A stretch of DNA of 63,021 nucleotides, the filler included, from Asterionella formosa (taxonomy: Eukaryota), in the NCBI GenBank assembly GCA_002256025.1. It is 16 parts of 16 records of this genome, joined end to end, with 100 filler letters (N's around TTAATTAATTAA, not from the genome) between each part and the next. Parts side by side here need not be neighbours in the genome. Positions count along the whole stretch, not along the records: positions 1 to 16,164 come from NKIB01005058.1; 15 more parts are not named here. The stretch is one strand, 5' to 3'. The position numbers were made by a program, and so were the translations under genes. Shown here in pieces: positions 1 through 12,799 of this stretch (position 1 is the stretch's first letter; every line of letters starts with the position of its first letter). The notes beneath the pieces are model-generated. The model searched no databases, was not told the DNA's origin, and saw nothing but the letters and a program-made list of their open reading frames with translations.

Positions 1-809
1 GTTGCTCTCACTAATGATAACAAACAATACAGCTACTGTTGTGAATCCAGGAGCATTACTACTAGATGCATTGCTGATTAACACTAAAGTCTATTTTTGT
101 TAATTCAATTTCTACGAACATGAAGAGCGAATAGTTTGTCATCCTAATAATTAGAATGGTGACATCGGAAGATTGTTGAATATGGCTGGCTGGACACCTC
201 ATGGGACAGAAGGCAAATTTACTTTCAAGTGTATCCACCTGCACCTAACAGTCTCCTTCCCATACAGCAATCCCAAATCGCCGCTCTAGTCTGTATCTGA
301 ACATCATGATAATGGATCAACGATAAACACCCAAGACTCCGTTGCCAAGATTAATTCCTCTTCATGCCTTCTGTTTGTCTTCATGTTGCGCTAAATCGCG
401 AACTGGTGCCTACTTTTGGAGGTTTATGAAAGAAGACATGCATATCATTTGAAGAAATTCCAGCAATGACAGTTGATAATCAACAATGAAGGCGGCGAGG
501 ATTGTGATAGCTCTGACACCATGTCAGTCACAATGGGCTTACCTTTTCCTCCACAATCGTTGCTTCTTTAACTAACAGGCCTCCACCAAAGCTCTATCCT
601 CGAAACAGATACTGTGTAGTATCAAAACCCTACCAGAAGATTGGATGGAGTACCGGTACCAGTAGGGATGTTGGGATTACATGCGGCGACGATTTTTGTT
701 TTTGTTACTTGGCTGATGCTGATACTGTAGCTATGAAAATTTTACGCGTTGGCTGGTGCTGTTTCTCACCCATCCAAATGGCCGATCAAACAAGAGTACG
801 GTATGATTG

Positions 810-1129
810 TGACAAAATCTAGGATGATTTGAGTTAGGGTTAACAGCATTCCATCAATGTACATGTCATCAATATTATACAGAGAAACTGTTTCTGGTGA
901 AGAAATATTTGAACTAATGTTAATGAAGACGAACATACAATTAATAAGATGGGATGGAATATTTGGAAAGTTAAATGTTCTATGTAATGAACTATTCACA
1001 GGCATGTCGTCGCCATTGGAGCTGCCGACAATGTAAGTAAAACAATATTCTATATGTGTTATGAAGTAAAAGAATGATTGAATGATCAGGAACAGATCAT
1101 TATCATCACTTGGTTATCTGTATGAAAGT
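810..1129 (+). repeat. 5' LTR (truncated at its 3' side)
   Basis: Starts TGACAAAATCTAGG like 3768. Identity to the 3' LTR ends abruptly at TATGAAAGT (1129). Confidence 0.88.
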
Positions 1130-3780
1130 GTAGGTGTCATCAAGTTGAAGAGTGCTAATTACATCCTCAAGAAACTTCGATGTGACAATGGTGGCGAAAA
1201 TTTCAAGGCATTAACTGAGCTATGCGAGAAACACGGACTTGCTATCGAAATAACTGCCCCCTACACGCCTCAGCAGAATGGCATTGTCGAACGTAAATTT
1301 GCGACCATACGTGACCACAGCTCTGCCGCCATGATAAAAGCGAAATTCTCTGAAGGGGCTCAAGGAACACTCTGGGCGGAAGCTGCCAACACACACACAA
1401 GACTCACAAATATTTTGTCCAATTCCAGTGGCTCAAAATGTCCTGACTGGAAATTCTACGACAAGCAACATATGATCTACAGGAATCTTATTGAATTTGA
1501 TCGCATCGGATATGTCACCCTTGGACAAAAACAAAAGAAACTAGACCCCAAGGCAGTTAAATGTGTCATGATTGGATACTCCGATGATCATGCTGGCGAT
1601 ACCTACCGGATGTACAACCCTGTGACGAAAAAGGTAATCAACAGCAGAAATATCTAATGGGCCACCTGGCATGAAATATGCGATCCAACAGCCAATATGT
1701 CCACATTTACCGGTAATGCAGACGCACTCGGTATTAAGGAATCCCAAATGGAAGATGCACAAGACTATGAATTGGATAATGATGATGCGTCTGAAGATGT
1801 CATAAACACTCCTACAAATGTCGCCCCTAATGAAGAAATGCAACTTTTGGCACCCACACATCAACAAGTTACCTTTGATGTTTCAGAAACAGGTGGGCAA
1901 GGAAGGGATATTTCTAAAACTTCAACCACAAAACTTGAACATGAACTCAAACGCATTGCATGGACCGATGTCCTACCTAAAGGAGCTAGGAGAGCTTTAA
2001 AACTTTCCTCTGACCAAACTCCTAAAAATGCCGGCCACCCTTGTGAAGAAAATGAAGTCGCGGATGAAGAAGATTCACCAATGGAAGTCCATCTAATCTA
2101 CAGCACAACACTAGCCTCTGATCCTGGAGAACCCAAATCCTACAAAGCTGCGATGAACGATCCAGAACGTGAAAAATGGATTATTGCGATCAAAACGGAA
2201 ATTGACAACTTCTACAAAAGAGGGGTTTGGAAGAATTCCCCAGGAACAAACTTAATGGAAGGAAACCTCTGGGAACACGTTGGGTAAATAAAAAGAAGCA
2301 AGAACAAGACTTATCAACCAGATTCAAAGGAAGAGTTGTGGTCAAAGGCTATGTCCAGACTCCTGGAGTTGACTTCACAGACTCCTTTGCACCTGTTGCC
2401 ACAGATTCTGCTATGCGAACCATTTTTGCTATCACACTATACCATGGACACAACAAACCTGAATAATGCTGGATTTGTGAAGTCATCGATGTGGAAGCAG
2501 CATTCCTTGAAACAGATATGGATGAAAATATCTACATTGAATGGCCTAAGGGAGTTATAGAATTTGGATATGTCACTGAACAAGAATTGCAGACCTAGTG
2601 CATCCTATTGGACAAAGCTATGTATGGTACTGTCCAAGCAGCTTTGCAATGGTTCAAGAAGCTTGTCCAATGTCTGCTGTAATATGGGAATGACCCAGAG
2701 CAAGGTGGATCCTTGTGTGTTCTACCTCAAAAGGGACAATAAATTAATTTTATTGGTTGGGACACAAATTGATGATTGCGCGATTTCCGAAAAGCCATCA
2801 GACATTCTTGCCTTCAAGAAATAAATAAAGGATTATTTTACAATTAAGGAACTCGGACAGCTAAACAAACACCTTGGTGTCTGGTATGAATGGGGATCTG
2901 ATAAAGATGGACGCTCTGATAAAGATGGACGCTACCTGGAATCGAACATGGAAGATTTCGTGCAGGGAATGTTTGAAGATTTTAAAGACCTATTTGGACG
3001 CCTCCCCAAGATTGCAAGCACACCATCAGTACCTGGATCAAGCCTAAGAAAGAATACAGATGGATAAATTGTCCTACACTTGGAGTACCGCTGAATGGTT
3101 GGGAAAATACTCTACTTTGTCAAGAAAGTCTCTCCGGTTGTGCAAATGCATGCAGAGAATTGTCTCAAAATTTGGAGAGTCCCAACAAGTCACACTGGAT
3201 GACCGTAGAATTTCTTTTGGGATATCTACGTGCGGATATCACAAACAGGAAATTAAAATTGAGAACTCCAATTGAGTTACGTCCACAGGATATTGTTGAC
3301 ACGTCATTTGGCGACTATAAGGACACACGAAAGAGCACTGGTGCCTACTTGGGTACAATCGGTGGAACTGCATTGATCAATTGGATTTCAAAAGGGCAGA
3401 ACATCGCAACTGTTTCGAGCACTGAAGCTGAATACGTGGGTCTCAGCGATGGATCTAAAGAAACGACTTTTACATCCAAATTATTGAATGAGATCAATCA
3501 CGTTGTCTTGCCAAGCATAATTTTGGAGGATAATACTGGAGCGATTTTTCTCTCAAGAAATAATCAAGTTGGTGCAAGAACCAAACATATTGATGTCAGG
3601 TACCATTTTATCAGAGAGAAAGTTGAAAATGGTAATATCCTTGTTCATTATGTGAAAACATTGAAAAACCCTGCAGACCTTCTGTCAAAGAACGTAACTC
3701 AGAAAATCCATGATTCTCATGCACATAAAATGCTCAATGGGACAATGGATTGCTGGAATGAGGAGAGTGACAAAATCTAG
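1130..3780 (+). pseudogene. Copia pol remnant (integrase core, RT, RNase H) with stops and frameshifts
   Basis: Integrase motifs LRCDNGGENF and TAPYTPQQNGIVER. RT motifs FKGRVVVKGY..PGVDFTDSFAPV and QSKVDPCVFY. RNase H motifs SSTEAEY, EDNTGAI, RTKHIDVRYHFIRE and NPADLLSK. Split over several ORFs, with an 18-bp tandem duplication near 2898-2933. Confidence 0.92.
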
Positions 3781-4283
3781 GATGATTTGAGTTAGGGTTA
3801 ACAGCATTCCATTAATGTACATGTCATCAATATTATACAGAGAAACTGTTTCTGGTGAAGAAATATTTGAACTAATGTTAATGAAGACGAACATATAATT
3901 AATAAGATGGGATGGAATATTTGGAAAGTTAAATGTTCTATGTAATGAACTATTCACAGGCATGTCGTCGCCATTGGAGCTACCGAGAATGTAAGTAAAA
4001 CAATATTCAATATGTGTTATGAAGTAAAAGAATGATTGAATGATCAGGAACAGATCATTATCATCACTTGGCTATCTGTATGAAAGTTTGGACAAAAGAT
4101 CCAAGATCCAACTGATCTGAAATAAGTGGAGTTGAATCGATTGTAAATCGATTTCTAGTTTTATAAGCTCACAATAAAATAAGGAAGCAAAACGTTGCTG
4201 TCTACATTTGACTTGTCTAAGAGAAAGACTATAGCATACAGCGTGTACAAACGTGTACTGCTACTGGTATAAGGAATTTAACA
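3768..4283 (+). repeat. 3' LTR (~516 bp)
   Basis: TG start follows the polypurine tract. Ends ...TTTAACA followed by TGATTG, which matches the 5' flank. Confidence 0.75.
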
Positions 4284-5635
4284 TGATTGATCATGCCAGT
4301 GAATTTGAGTACAAAGAAGGTTTGCATATACGCTAATAAAGTATTAAAAGGAAATTACTCAAGAACAAAACATTGCCCCTATGTGACGACGACGTTTTCG
4401 AAACGATCCACTGGATGTCAATCTACTACAGTAAAATCTGGTGTCTCGTACCCCTCAATGTACACAGCCACGACTGATTTTACTTAGAGGGGAGTACAAG
4501 ACATTGGACCTTTTTCGGTAATCCAACACTGCGAGCAAACCAACTTCACCACCGTTTTCGCTGTAGTCTAAAACGTGAATAGCAACATTAAAAGATATAT
4601 TGTTGTAGGTCCAAACAGTTTCTATGATCAATAGAATTTCTATTTTTGGTGCACCGGCGCGCCCGAGTTTTGTGATGGCATCATTAGTAATTTCTAACTT
4701 GGTTGGTGGGTCAGATGTATCAGATAACAAATCGTCTGTTCGATCTGTTGCTACCACCTGACGTTATAAAAGTGCCCGTTTGCAAAAAATTTGGTTTTGC
4801 CATTCCTTTGTAATTGCAATAGAGTTTCCAACACTTTCACAATTGTATAAGGTCCACATGACCATCCACTGTCATCTTCTGGTTGAAATAACATGGAATC
4901 ATGTTCAGTGGCCATACTGATCTGCAATGGTGCTTTGGTGCCAGGATAGAAAGATTCAGATAAACCAATTTCTTCAGGTGTATGGTATTCTTGTGGAAGA
5001 TATCCTGTATTGGTGCATAATATGCATGTTGCGCCAGCGTAATGTGTTTACACAATACATATATAACAAGGAAAAACAACATGACAATGAACGTGAAGGC
5101 TCATTGAGGAGGATACCGGTATGTGATATGCATCAACCCATATCACAAATCATATTATGGTGATGTATATATCAACGCATCTGTATACATAGATCCTATT
5201 CACTAAATAATACTATCATATCAATTTTTTGCTTTTACTGTATACATTTAAAGTTAAATGTATATATTAAGTAACATACTTTATGATTGATTGTTTTATT
5301 TTCTATGATATATTGATAACACATGCATACATATTTTATCGTATTTCATTACCGTTGTATTCTTTTAACTTAATCATATTTTGATTCAAAATATATCATA
5401 AACATTTTAAGAAATCATCATGGTTCCATGATCAATAAATCATAGCTATGTGATAAACATCATTCAATAATACGTATCATATTTTGGTGATGTATGCATC
5501 GAAGTAACCCTATCGTGATATCACATTATCATCTTATCAATCACTCAATGTTGATTGGGAACTGTATTCCCCATCGTACTACAGAGTATGATATTATAAC
5601 ACGCACTAAGTCACTGCTGTAATGTACACAAGTCG

Positions 5636-6150
5636 ACAGTGCAGGTACTACACACCCGCTAAGCAAACTTGAGGCAATGGACAGTTCCAACGATCGAATG
5701 ACAATATGGGTACCAATTTTTTCAGCGGCAAACAACAATGATGAAGGACACTTGTCCCTCTATTGATGATGGCATGGACAGCCACTTTTCCAGGAGCAGA
5801 CAACAATGAAGAGAGCCACTTGTTGCTCTATTGATTGTAACAAAGATGCGGACAAGTTCAACAGTAAATACAAGAACAAGATACCAATGAAAAAAACTCG
5901 ACAGTGTGTGTACACACACGCTAAGCAAGTTTGAGGCAACAGACAGTTCCAACAAGCAAATGACGATATGGATATCAAATGTTTTCAATGGCAAACCACA
6001 ATGATAATGATGAAGGACATTTGTCACTCTATTGTTGATGATACAGATACCAGGCGGGTTTTCCATGCTGAGTGAACAACAATGAAGAGAGCCACTTGTC
6101 GCTTTATTGATGATAACGAAGATGCGGAAAAATTCAATAGTAAATACAAG
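5636..6150. repeat. Degenerate tandem duplication, ~265-bp unit x2
   Basis: The blocks CGCTAAGCAA..TTGAGGCAA, GACAGTTCCAAC, ACAACAATGAAGAGAGCCACTTGT and AGTAAATACAAG each occur twice in the same order. Confidence 0.75.
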
Positions 6151-6848
6151 TAAAGCATGCGAAATGAGGAAACAAGCGATATGAAAAAGAAATTGTAATC
6201 AGAATCATTCTATAACTATAACTATGTGGATAGCTGTCTGTTACATTTCCGTATCTCCTTCTATGCTGAATCTCAAAGTAGATATAGTATCATGTGAGAA
6301 TTAAAAATGTCAACAAGAACAAGTAGAATGTGTTTGTTTACAAGTTGATTTGCGAGATTGTCATGCTGGTGGTTGACGAAACGGAATTACCATTTGCGCT
6401 GTGTGCAGAACCATTCCGAGTTTGAATGATTTCTTCTCTGTAAACTCTTAATTGAATGATTATGAACATAGGTTCACTGCACATGACGATTACTCGAAGA
6501 TATAATGATAACTTGACCAACAATTGAATACGTCGTTATTGCAAACAATCATTCCACTTGTCATCGCTAGTATTTCGTTGTTGTTGCAAAAATTGGAGTG
6601 ATGACGGATGGAAATGACGAGCCAAATTACATTACTTTAGCTGGTACATTTTTCTACCAAGAAATTCAAATATAGCAATCTAATAGAAACAATACATATA
6701 ATAATTAAATATACATAGTCAAAAGGGTTACTATTTAAATTACAAGGGCATTTATCAAAATTATAAGATGATATAACGAAAAGTTATGATCAGATGATCA
6801 CAATCCTATGATGTATCATGGAAATATGATAGTTTTTATTTGCAGACG

Positions 6849-8001
6849 TGAGCAATCCCGCACATCAATACAGATGTATATTAGGATAGGGTTACATCCT
6901 ATATATATTAACTCAATATTTAGAGAGCTCGAAAAGTATACTTTGGTGTCAGTTGAGGATGCTGCATTGTAACCCTAATGCAAAAACTTAAATATTGCTT
7001 AGGATTGCCGAAATTCCCTGGAACTAAGAATTTATATGAGCATTTTTTGAATAACATGATTCCATTTGAAATATTCAAATCAGTGGAATTTTGCGCGTCC
7101 GTACTTAGATTCCTTTTCGAATTTGCTAAATATATATATACATTGTTCATCACTATATGTATGTATGTATGCCCTTGAGTATGTTTCTTATATACAACCC
7201 GGCGGCTTGGCAAATATTTGAAAGCGCACTCAACGAGTGGTACATGTATGATGTCAAATGAAGATATAGTACCGGCCTACTGGTACCCCAAAGGAAATGT
7301 TACATGTGTATCCAATGAGGACGGTGTGGGTTTGCAATTCCTTGCACAATCACATGGAGGTAAGTATTTCGGAATAGCCAATCAGTACATATATAATACT
7401 GCACGCACTTAGAATGGAATTTTTGGTACAGGACATTTTACGAGACTCTGATTCAGATGATGACGTTTCTGCGCTAAGTGGCTTAGATTCCGATATTTTG
7501 GAGAAGGTAGAAAAGGCCGATTTTGTCGAATTTTTGGATGACAATACCGGTAGCTCAATGTTGGCTGGAACAGAGCAAAGGCCGATTTTGTCGAATTTTT
7601 GGAAGACGATATCTCAATGTTGGCTGGGTCTGCAAGCGATTTAGATACATAGGTAACCTTCAAATAGCATCAGTAAATAACTTCTGGCGAGAAACTGCAG
7701 AAAGGAATCTCGGTTTATTTACTATGCCGAATAAAATACTTTGGTCAATGACTGCATCTAAGCATATGGAAAGGGTGTATATTGGTGAAAGCTCCGTTTA
7801 GCGATATACATTTATGTTTTTACTCATAAGAAGTGTGTGTTTGAGTACTCTGACTCAATATTATTTTTGTAACCCTACCTCTAAACTAGGGTTGAAATGC
7901 AGTAACCGTAATGACAAGAGAACTAGGTGTACATCAAGATTAACTACCGGTGTTAAGATCTTATATTCAACAAATACTACTACTTCTAGTTAGATACTTC
8001 A
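6849..8001 (+). mobile_element. Gypsy-family solo LTR split by an inserted TIR element
   Basis: 6849-6960 matches the LTR 5' half at 12574 and 55698 (TGAGCAATCC..CATCAATACAGAT). 7960-8001 matches the LTR 3' end (TATATTCAACAAATACTACTACTTCTAGTTAGATACTTCA). Confidence 0.75.
6962..7902. mobile_element. Non-autonomous TIR element (MITE-like, ~940 bp)
   Basis: The imperfect inverted ends CTGCATTGTAACCCTA (6962-6977) and TAGGGTTGAAATGCAG (7887-7902) match at 14/16. The element interrupts the LTR and has an internal ~60-bp tandem repeat at 7512-7627. Confidence 0.55.
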
Positions 8002-8246
8002 CCAGGTACTCCGTACAAGGTAATAGAATCAGATAGAAATTACTTTATTTACATTACATAAGACTAAGAATTATGCTGGTTCCAACTTCTATGATAAGTG
8101 CCAGCATTGGTGTTTTCACGTACATATTCATCCTTCTTTCTGTCTTGTCAAGGGTGCATAAGCAATGTTACCAGTACGGCAATGATGGCATCGATCAAGT
8201 CTGAGCGATGCTGAAGGCAATACACGCCCGAGGTGGTCTCATACCT

Positions 8247-8534
8247 GCGAGTACACATGTGTACAAGAAGGCATGTAGCCACCGAGAAGAGTATTGCTAT
8301 GACAATTTTATCCTTGAACACGGCAAATCTCTTTGACCATCTCTAGGCATATTACCTGTATTCTGGTTGTCATGCTAAAATCGGCAAGCGAGTACACATG
8401 TGTACAAGAAGGCATGTAGCCACCGAGAAGAGTATTGCTACCGGTATGACAATTTTATCCTTGAACACGGTAAATCTCTTTGACCATCTCTATGCATATT
8501 ACCTTTATTCTGGTTGTCATGCTAAAATCGGCAA
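8247..8534. repeat. Tandem duplication of 141/147 bp
   Basis: 8247-8387 and 8388-8534 are near-identical. The second copy has an extra CCGGTA at 8441-8446. Confidence 0.9.
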
Positions 8535-8552
8535 GGTTATTGCCGAAAAATT

Positions 8553-8653
8553 CGATGTGCCCCATATTGCCCTAAAATGATAATTACTTGAGAAATTACT
8601 TAAAGCCTAAAAATTACATTGAAGCATCCGAATGGCAAAAAGATAGCTGGAGC
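8553..8653 (+). mobile_element. Isolated end of the TIR family seen at 14322-15627
   Basis: GATGTGCCCCATATTGCCCT...AAAAATTAC...CCGAATGGCAA..GATAGCTGGAGC matches 15531-15618. Confidence 0.65.
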
Positions 8654-9085
8654 TGTATGACAATTTTATCCTTTAACAAGGTAAATCTCTTGACCATCCG
8701 AATAACAAAGACAAATCCTTAAAAATGACCCAAGATTACCTTGGAAAACGCTAAGGGATCCTAAGCGGTGGACGCGAGCGTCTGACAGCATTCATGAAAT
8801 AGAGCGAGCCAAATGCATTGGGATAGATTCTTCACCTTTGTACTTACTGTACACGTTGTTATGTAAACGCGATTATGGAACAGTTGTTGTACCTATTCAA
8901 CAATCGAAATGTTCAATAAAAGAAAAGACGCCAGCAATGAAGCAGATGTGACGAGGCAAGACTACCGGTAGTATATAGAGAAAAGAACCATAAAAAATTG
9001 AGAAGGAGAGCGGGTAACATAAATCTCTAAATTCCTCAACAGTTGCAACTGATATTAGTTTACCAAAAAAGGAGAATTCATCAGC

Positions 9086-11108
9086 ATGAAGAATGTAAGT
9101 ACTAATACTAAGTGACGAGCTTTAACGAAGCATGTGCAAGTTACAATGCTGCGAATTTGGCGAATAACATCACCAGGACAAAATTAGGAAGCGGAGAAAG
9201 ATTCGATATTCACGTCATCGTCGCTCAGATTCATTGATGATTGATTTCATTTGGAAGATATAAAATTTATAACAGTCAAACTAACTCTCATAGTTCCTCC
9301 CCATCAGTTTATGACCCTCTTGTTGACCTTTCTATGGTTGAGAAACGCCGCTTGCGCACCCAGCCCTCGAGAACTAGACACGCGCATTGTTGGAGGCTAT
9401 CCAGCCGCAAAAGGCAGATACCCTTACTTCACGATTTTTTGAAGCCAGCAGACCTGGGTACTATGCATCGTGTGGTGGTACATTGATCGCTAAAGATATT
9501 GTCCTCTGTGCTGCTCATTGCTACGATTCGGCAAACTTTAATCTTGCAACCAGCTTGGTCCGGGTTAGCATCGAAGACAAATCAAACAGTACTGGCTACT
9601 ATCAGGCCTACATGGAAAAGGTCATTCCTCATCCGAGTTACAATAGTGCTACTGAAAATAACGATGTTCTTGTCATCAAACTCAAGACAGCCATTACTCA
9701 AGTCGCCCCTGTTGCTTTGAATACCAACAGTGCTGTACCTGCAGTTGGTGCTGCCGAGATTGTATTTGGATTTGGTACCACCTCATCTGGAGGGACAAGC
9801 TCAAATGTCTTGCTCGAAGTAGGTCAGAATGCCGTGAGCTATACAACTTGCAACAATTATTATGGTTACATTTTCGATGCAGGAATGATCTGTTCCTACA
9901 GTGCCGGAAAAGATTCATGTCAAGGGGATTCTGGTGGTCCACTCATTCTTGCTGGCAGCAGCAGTGCTGCCACTGATATTCAAGTGGGCATTGTGTCCTT
10001 TTGAGACGGCTGCGCTAAAATAGGTGTTCCTGGTGTATATACTCGAGTGAGTTATTATGCACCTTGGATTCAGAGTCAAATTTGTCTCTGGTCGTCATTC
10101 AAGCCCGCAACTTGCACCTCAACAACGAATGCTCCAACATCAGTTCCAACCCAAACTCCAACAAAGGCTCCAGTAACTGCCACCAAGACGCCTACCAATG
10201 TTCCAACCATGGTACTGACATCAGTTCCAACCCAGGCTCCAACAAAGGCTCCAATAACTGCCACCAAGACGCCTACCAATGTTCCAACCATGGTACCAAC
10301 ATCAGTTCCAACCCAGGCTCCAGTACTTACAACCACGATGCCTACCAATGTTCCAACCATGGTACCAACATCAGTTCCAACCCAGGCTCCAGTACCTACT
10401 ACCACCACAATGCCTACCAATGTTCCAACCATGGTACCAACATCAGTTCCAACCCAGGCTCCAGTGCCTACCACTATGACTCCTACTCAGGCTCCAGTGC
10501 CTGTCACCAAGACTCCTACCAAGGCTCCAGTGCCTGTCACCAAGACGCCTACCAAGGCTCCAGTGTCTGCCACCAAGCCTCCTACTAAGGCACCAACTAT
10601 TAAAGCCTCCAGATGCAAGTACTATTCAAGAAATGCCATTACTGCTCTTCCTAACACATGCTCTTGTTCCACTGAGACTTGCTCCTGCACAAATACTGCT
10701 GACATTCTCAAATCAAATAAAGGGGCAGTTTGCAAAGATTGCCAGTGGTGTCTTGGTGGAGTATGTGCTGTTCCTTTTGGAACCTATGGTGAAAATTCTC
10801 CCTATTCTCCATATGGATATGGAACTGGTTTCACCTATACAAGTGGGCGTACTGGAAAGTTCATTATGACAGAAGAACTTGATGCATCCGAGTCATTTAC
10901 CTATACTTGCAAGGCCTTTTACAACGATGTACAGTGTACTTCGTGCAAATATTACTCCTGTGGTGGAAATTACTGGCCATATGTGAACTGCAGCAATATT
11001 AAGCAAGGTGCCACTGCCAATTTTTGTTACCTAAACAATGGCGTCCCCAACAACCCAAACCATTTATTGTTTGGGTTGGCTGTTGAGTATTATTCTCCAT
11101 GCGTTTAG
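9086..11108 (+). pseudogene. Secreted trypsin-like S1 serine protease with Pro/Thr mucin-like stalk and Cys-rich C-terminal domain; two lesions (pseudogene or sequencing errors)
   Basis: Exon 1 is ATG AAG AAT (9086-9094), then a GTAAGT..CATCAG intron (9095-9307). A hydrophobic leader precedes the R-IVGG activation site, followed by CAAHC, ND, and KDSCQGDSGGP motifs. There is an extra T in the T6 run near 9435-9440 and a TGA at 10002-10004 where GIVSF-G-DGC is expected. The same frame then continues to 11108. Confidence 0.85.
10126..10600 (+). repeat. Coding tandem repeats (PTNVPTMVPTSVPTQAP / PTKAPV)
   Basis: Repeated units CCTACCAATGTTCCAACCATGGTAC..ACATCAGTTCCAACCCAGGCTCC. Confidence 0.9.
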
Positions 11109-11872
11109 GTGAGAGAATGCAGAGTGCTTAGTATTATGAATATATGATTCATTTTTTCATAAGAAGGAGAAGTGGTATTTTTTACTGCGCCAACATTGAG
11201 ATCACAATTGATATTGTACTTTTTTAATGAATATACAATTTCAGGCTTGTAATTGGCATGATTTGAAAACACATTAAAATTTATGCTTCTCATTTTATTA
11301 CCCAAATTATTGTACAATTTTTTTAACTTTTGTATCTCTATTTCACACCTTGTTGGGTTGTAAACTTGAACAACTAAATTTGTCATACAAAAGGATAGTG
11401 TTTACAATTTTACACCATATAATTTCCTGGAAAATTCAAAGCTTGCTTGCTCTTGCGAGAAAAGGTAAAGTTTTTCAATCATCTATTGATTTAATTGATG
11501 ACAATGTCTTTGTCTACTTCTTCTCAAAAGAAACCTGCAAGAGTGGGCTTTCATTCCTTCAAGACTCTGATGGCACCCCTTTCAGGTTCTGATTAGCTAT
11601 TCATCATAATGCTTCCATTCAATCCAATCCACCATGTAAAGTACAACACCAACAAATAAAAAAGTTGAAGGCACACCTAGAACAAGTTGAATAAGATCAG
11701 TTGGATTCCTCATTCATGAAACAGCTGGGTATTACTTCTATGGAATGTTGGATTCCAAATTTCCTGGCATTCATAGAGCCTATTTTCCTTGAAACCCAGC
11801 TGCTCATCGATCAAATGATTTGGAATACCACTGTTATTAGAAATATGGAGGTTTGTATTTTTGGATGCTTTG

Positions 11873-12573
11873 GAGGTAAAATTGCTTTCATTTATGAAGG
11901 AGATGCAGAACGTACGCATTGCTTTTGTTATATGCAGAAAATTTGAGCACACACCACCTGGCTACAAATGGATCCCGTCACGCATGATCTTTGATGTCAA
12001 GATGGATTTCACCCGGAAAGCACGTTTAGTTTGCTGGTGGTCATTTGACTGATACGACTTCTGCAATGACTTACCATATTCTTCGGTTGTTTCTCGCGCG
12101 AGCGTATGCATCGGTTTCCTCTTGGCAGCATTGAAAAATCGATACAGCAGATATCGGAAATTCATATTTAAATACCAGGACCACTGAAAAAATTTATTCG
12201 ACTGTGGGCCCTGAATTTGGCGAAGATGAAGGTAAAACAATCATTATTGTCTGTGCCCTCTATGGATTGAAGAGTTCGGGGGCAGCATGGCGCTCTCACT
12301 TTGCGAAATCATTACAGGATTTATCATGTAATCCCACATATACTGATCCCAATGTTTGGATGGTGCGCCCTGCATACAATATTTCAGGTGACCAATACTA
12401 TGAGTATATTTGGTATACGTTGACAATAGAATATCGCATGCACCCGCCGACATACTAAAACAAATACAAGAGGACCCTTTTAGTTACCGTTTAAAAGATG
12501 TTGGCCCACCTCAAAGATATCTTGGTGCCAAAATTGGACTTACACACTTCCGAATTCCATGACGTCAACTTGG
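11873..12573 (+). pseudogene. Decayed Copia reverse transcriptase fragment (second family)
   Basis: PPGYKWIPSRMIFDVKMDFTRKARLV and GPEFGEDEGKTIIIVCALYGLKSSGAAWR are in shifting frames. The fragment ends at a Gypsy LTR. Confidence 0.85.
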
Positions 12574-12799
12574 TGAGCGATCTTGCGCATCAATACAGAT
12601 GTATATAGGGTTAGTGTTATATGATATATGTATCAGAACTCAATAATGAGAGAACTCGACTAACCCTCATTGTATACTTTGGTGTCGACTTAGAGAACGA
12701 GTTACACAAAAGGATTAACAAATAAGCTCATATATTCAACAAATACTACTACTTCTAGTTAGATACTTCACTTTGAATTCAAAAAGAGTCCAATTAGAA
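12574..12799 (+). mobile_element. Gypsy LTR (12574-12770) plus leader CTTTGAATTCAAAAAGAGTC, truncated element
   Basis: TG...CA ends, 197 bp, colinear with the LTR at 55698-55892 including the 20 nt that follow it. Confidence 0.8.

Larger units (their letters stand above)
810..4283 (+). mobile_element. Ty1/Copia LTR retrotransposon (CoDi-like), internally deleted and decayed
   Basis: Direct repeats 810-1129 and 3768-4087 differ at about 6 positions by eye. The ends are TG...CA and both are flanked by TGATTG. The purine-rich tract GGAATGAGGAGAG precedes the 3' LTR, and the internal domain order is integrase-RT-RNase H. Confidence 0.92.

Noticed and set aside
4455..4757. 100-aa ORF next to the Copia 3' LTR
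   Set aside because: Non-ATG start and no motif; cannot be assigned.
8181..8216. ATGATGG...CTGA as a possible C/D snoRNA
   Set aside because: The C box is imperfect, the interval is too short, and there is no terminal stem.
10126..10600. Regular repeats that could suggest a CRISPR-like array
   Set aside because: They are in-frame Pro/Thr coding repeats without unique spacers, in a eukaryotic gene.
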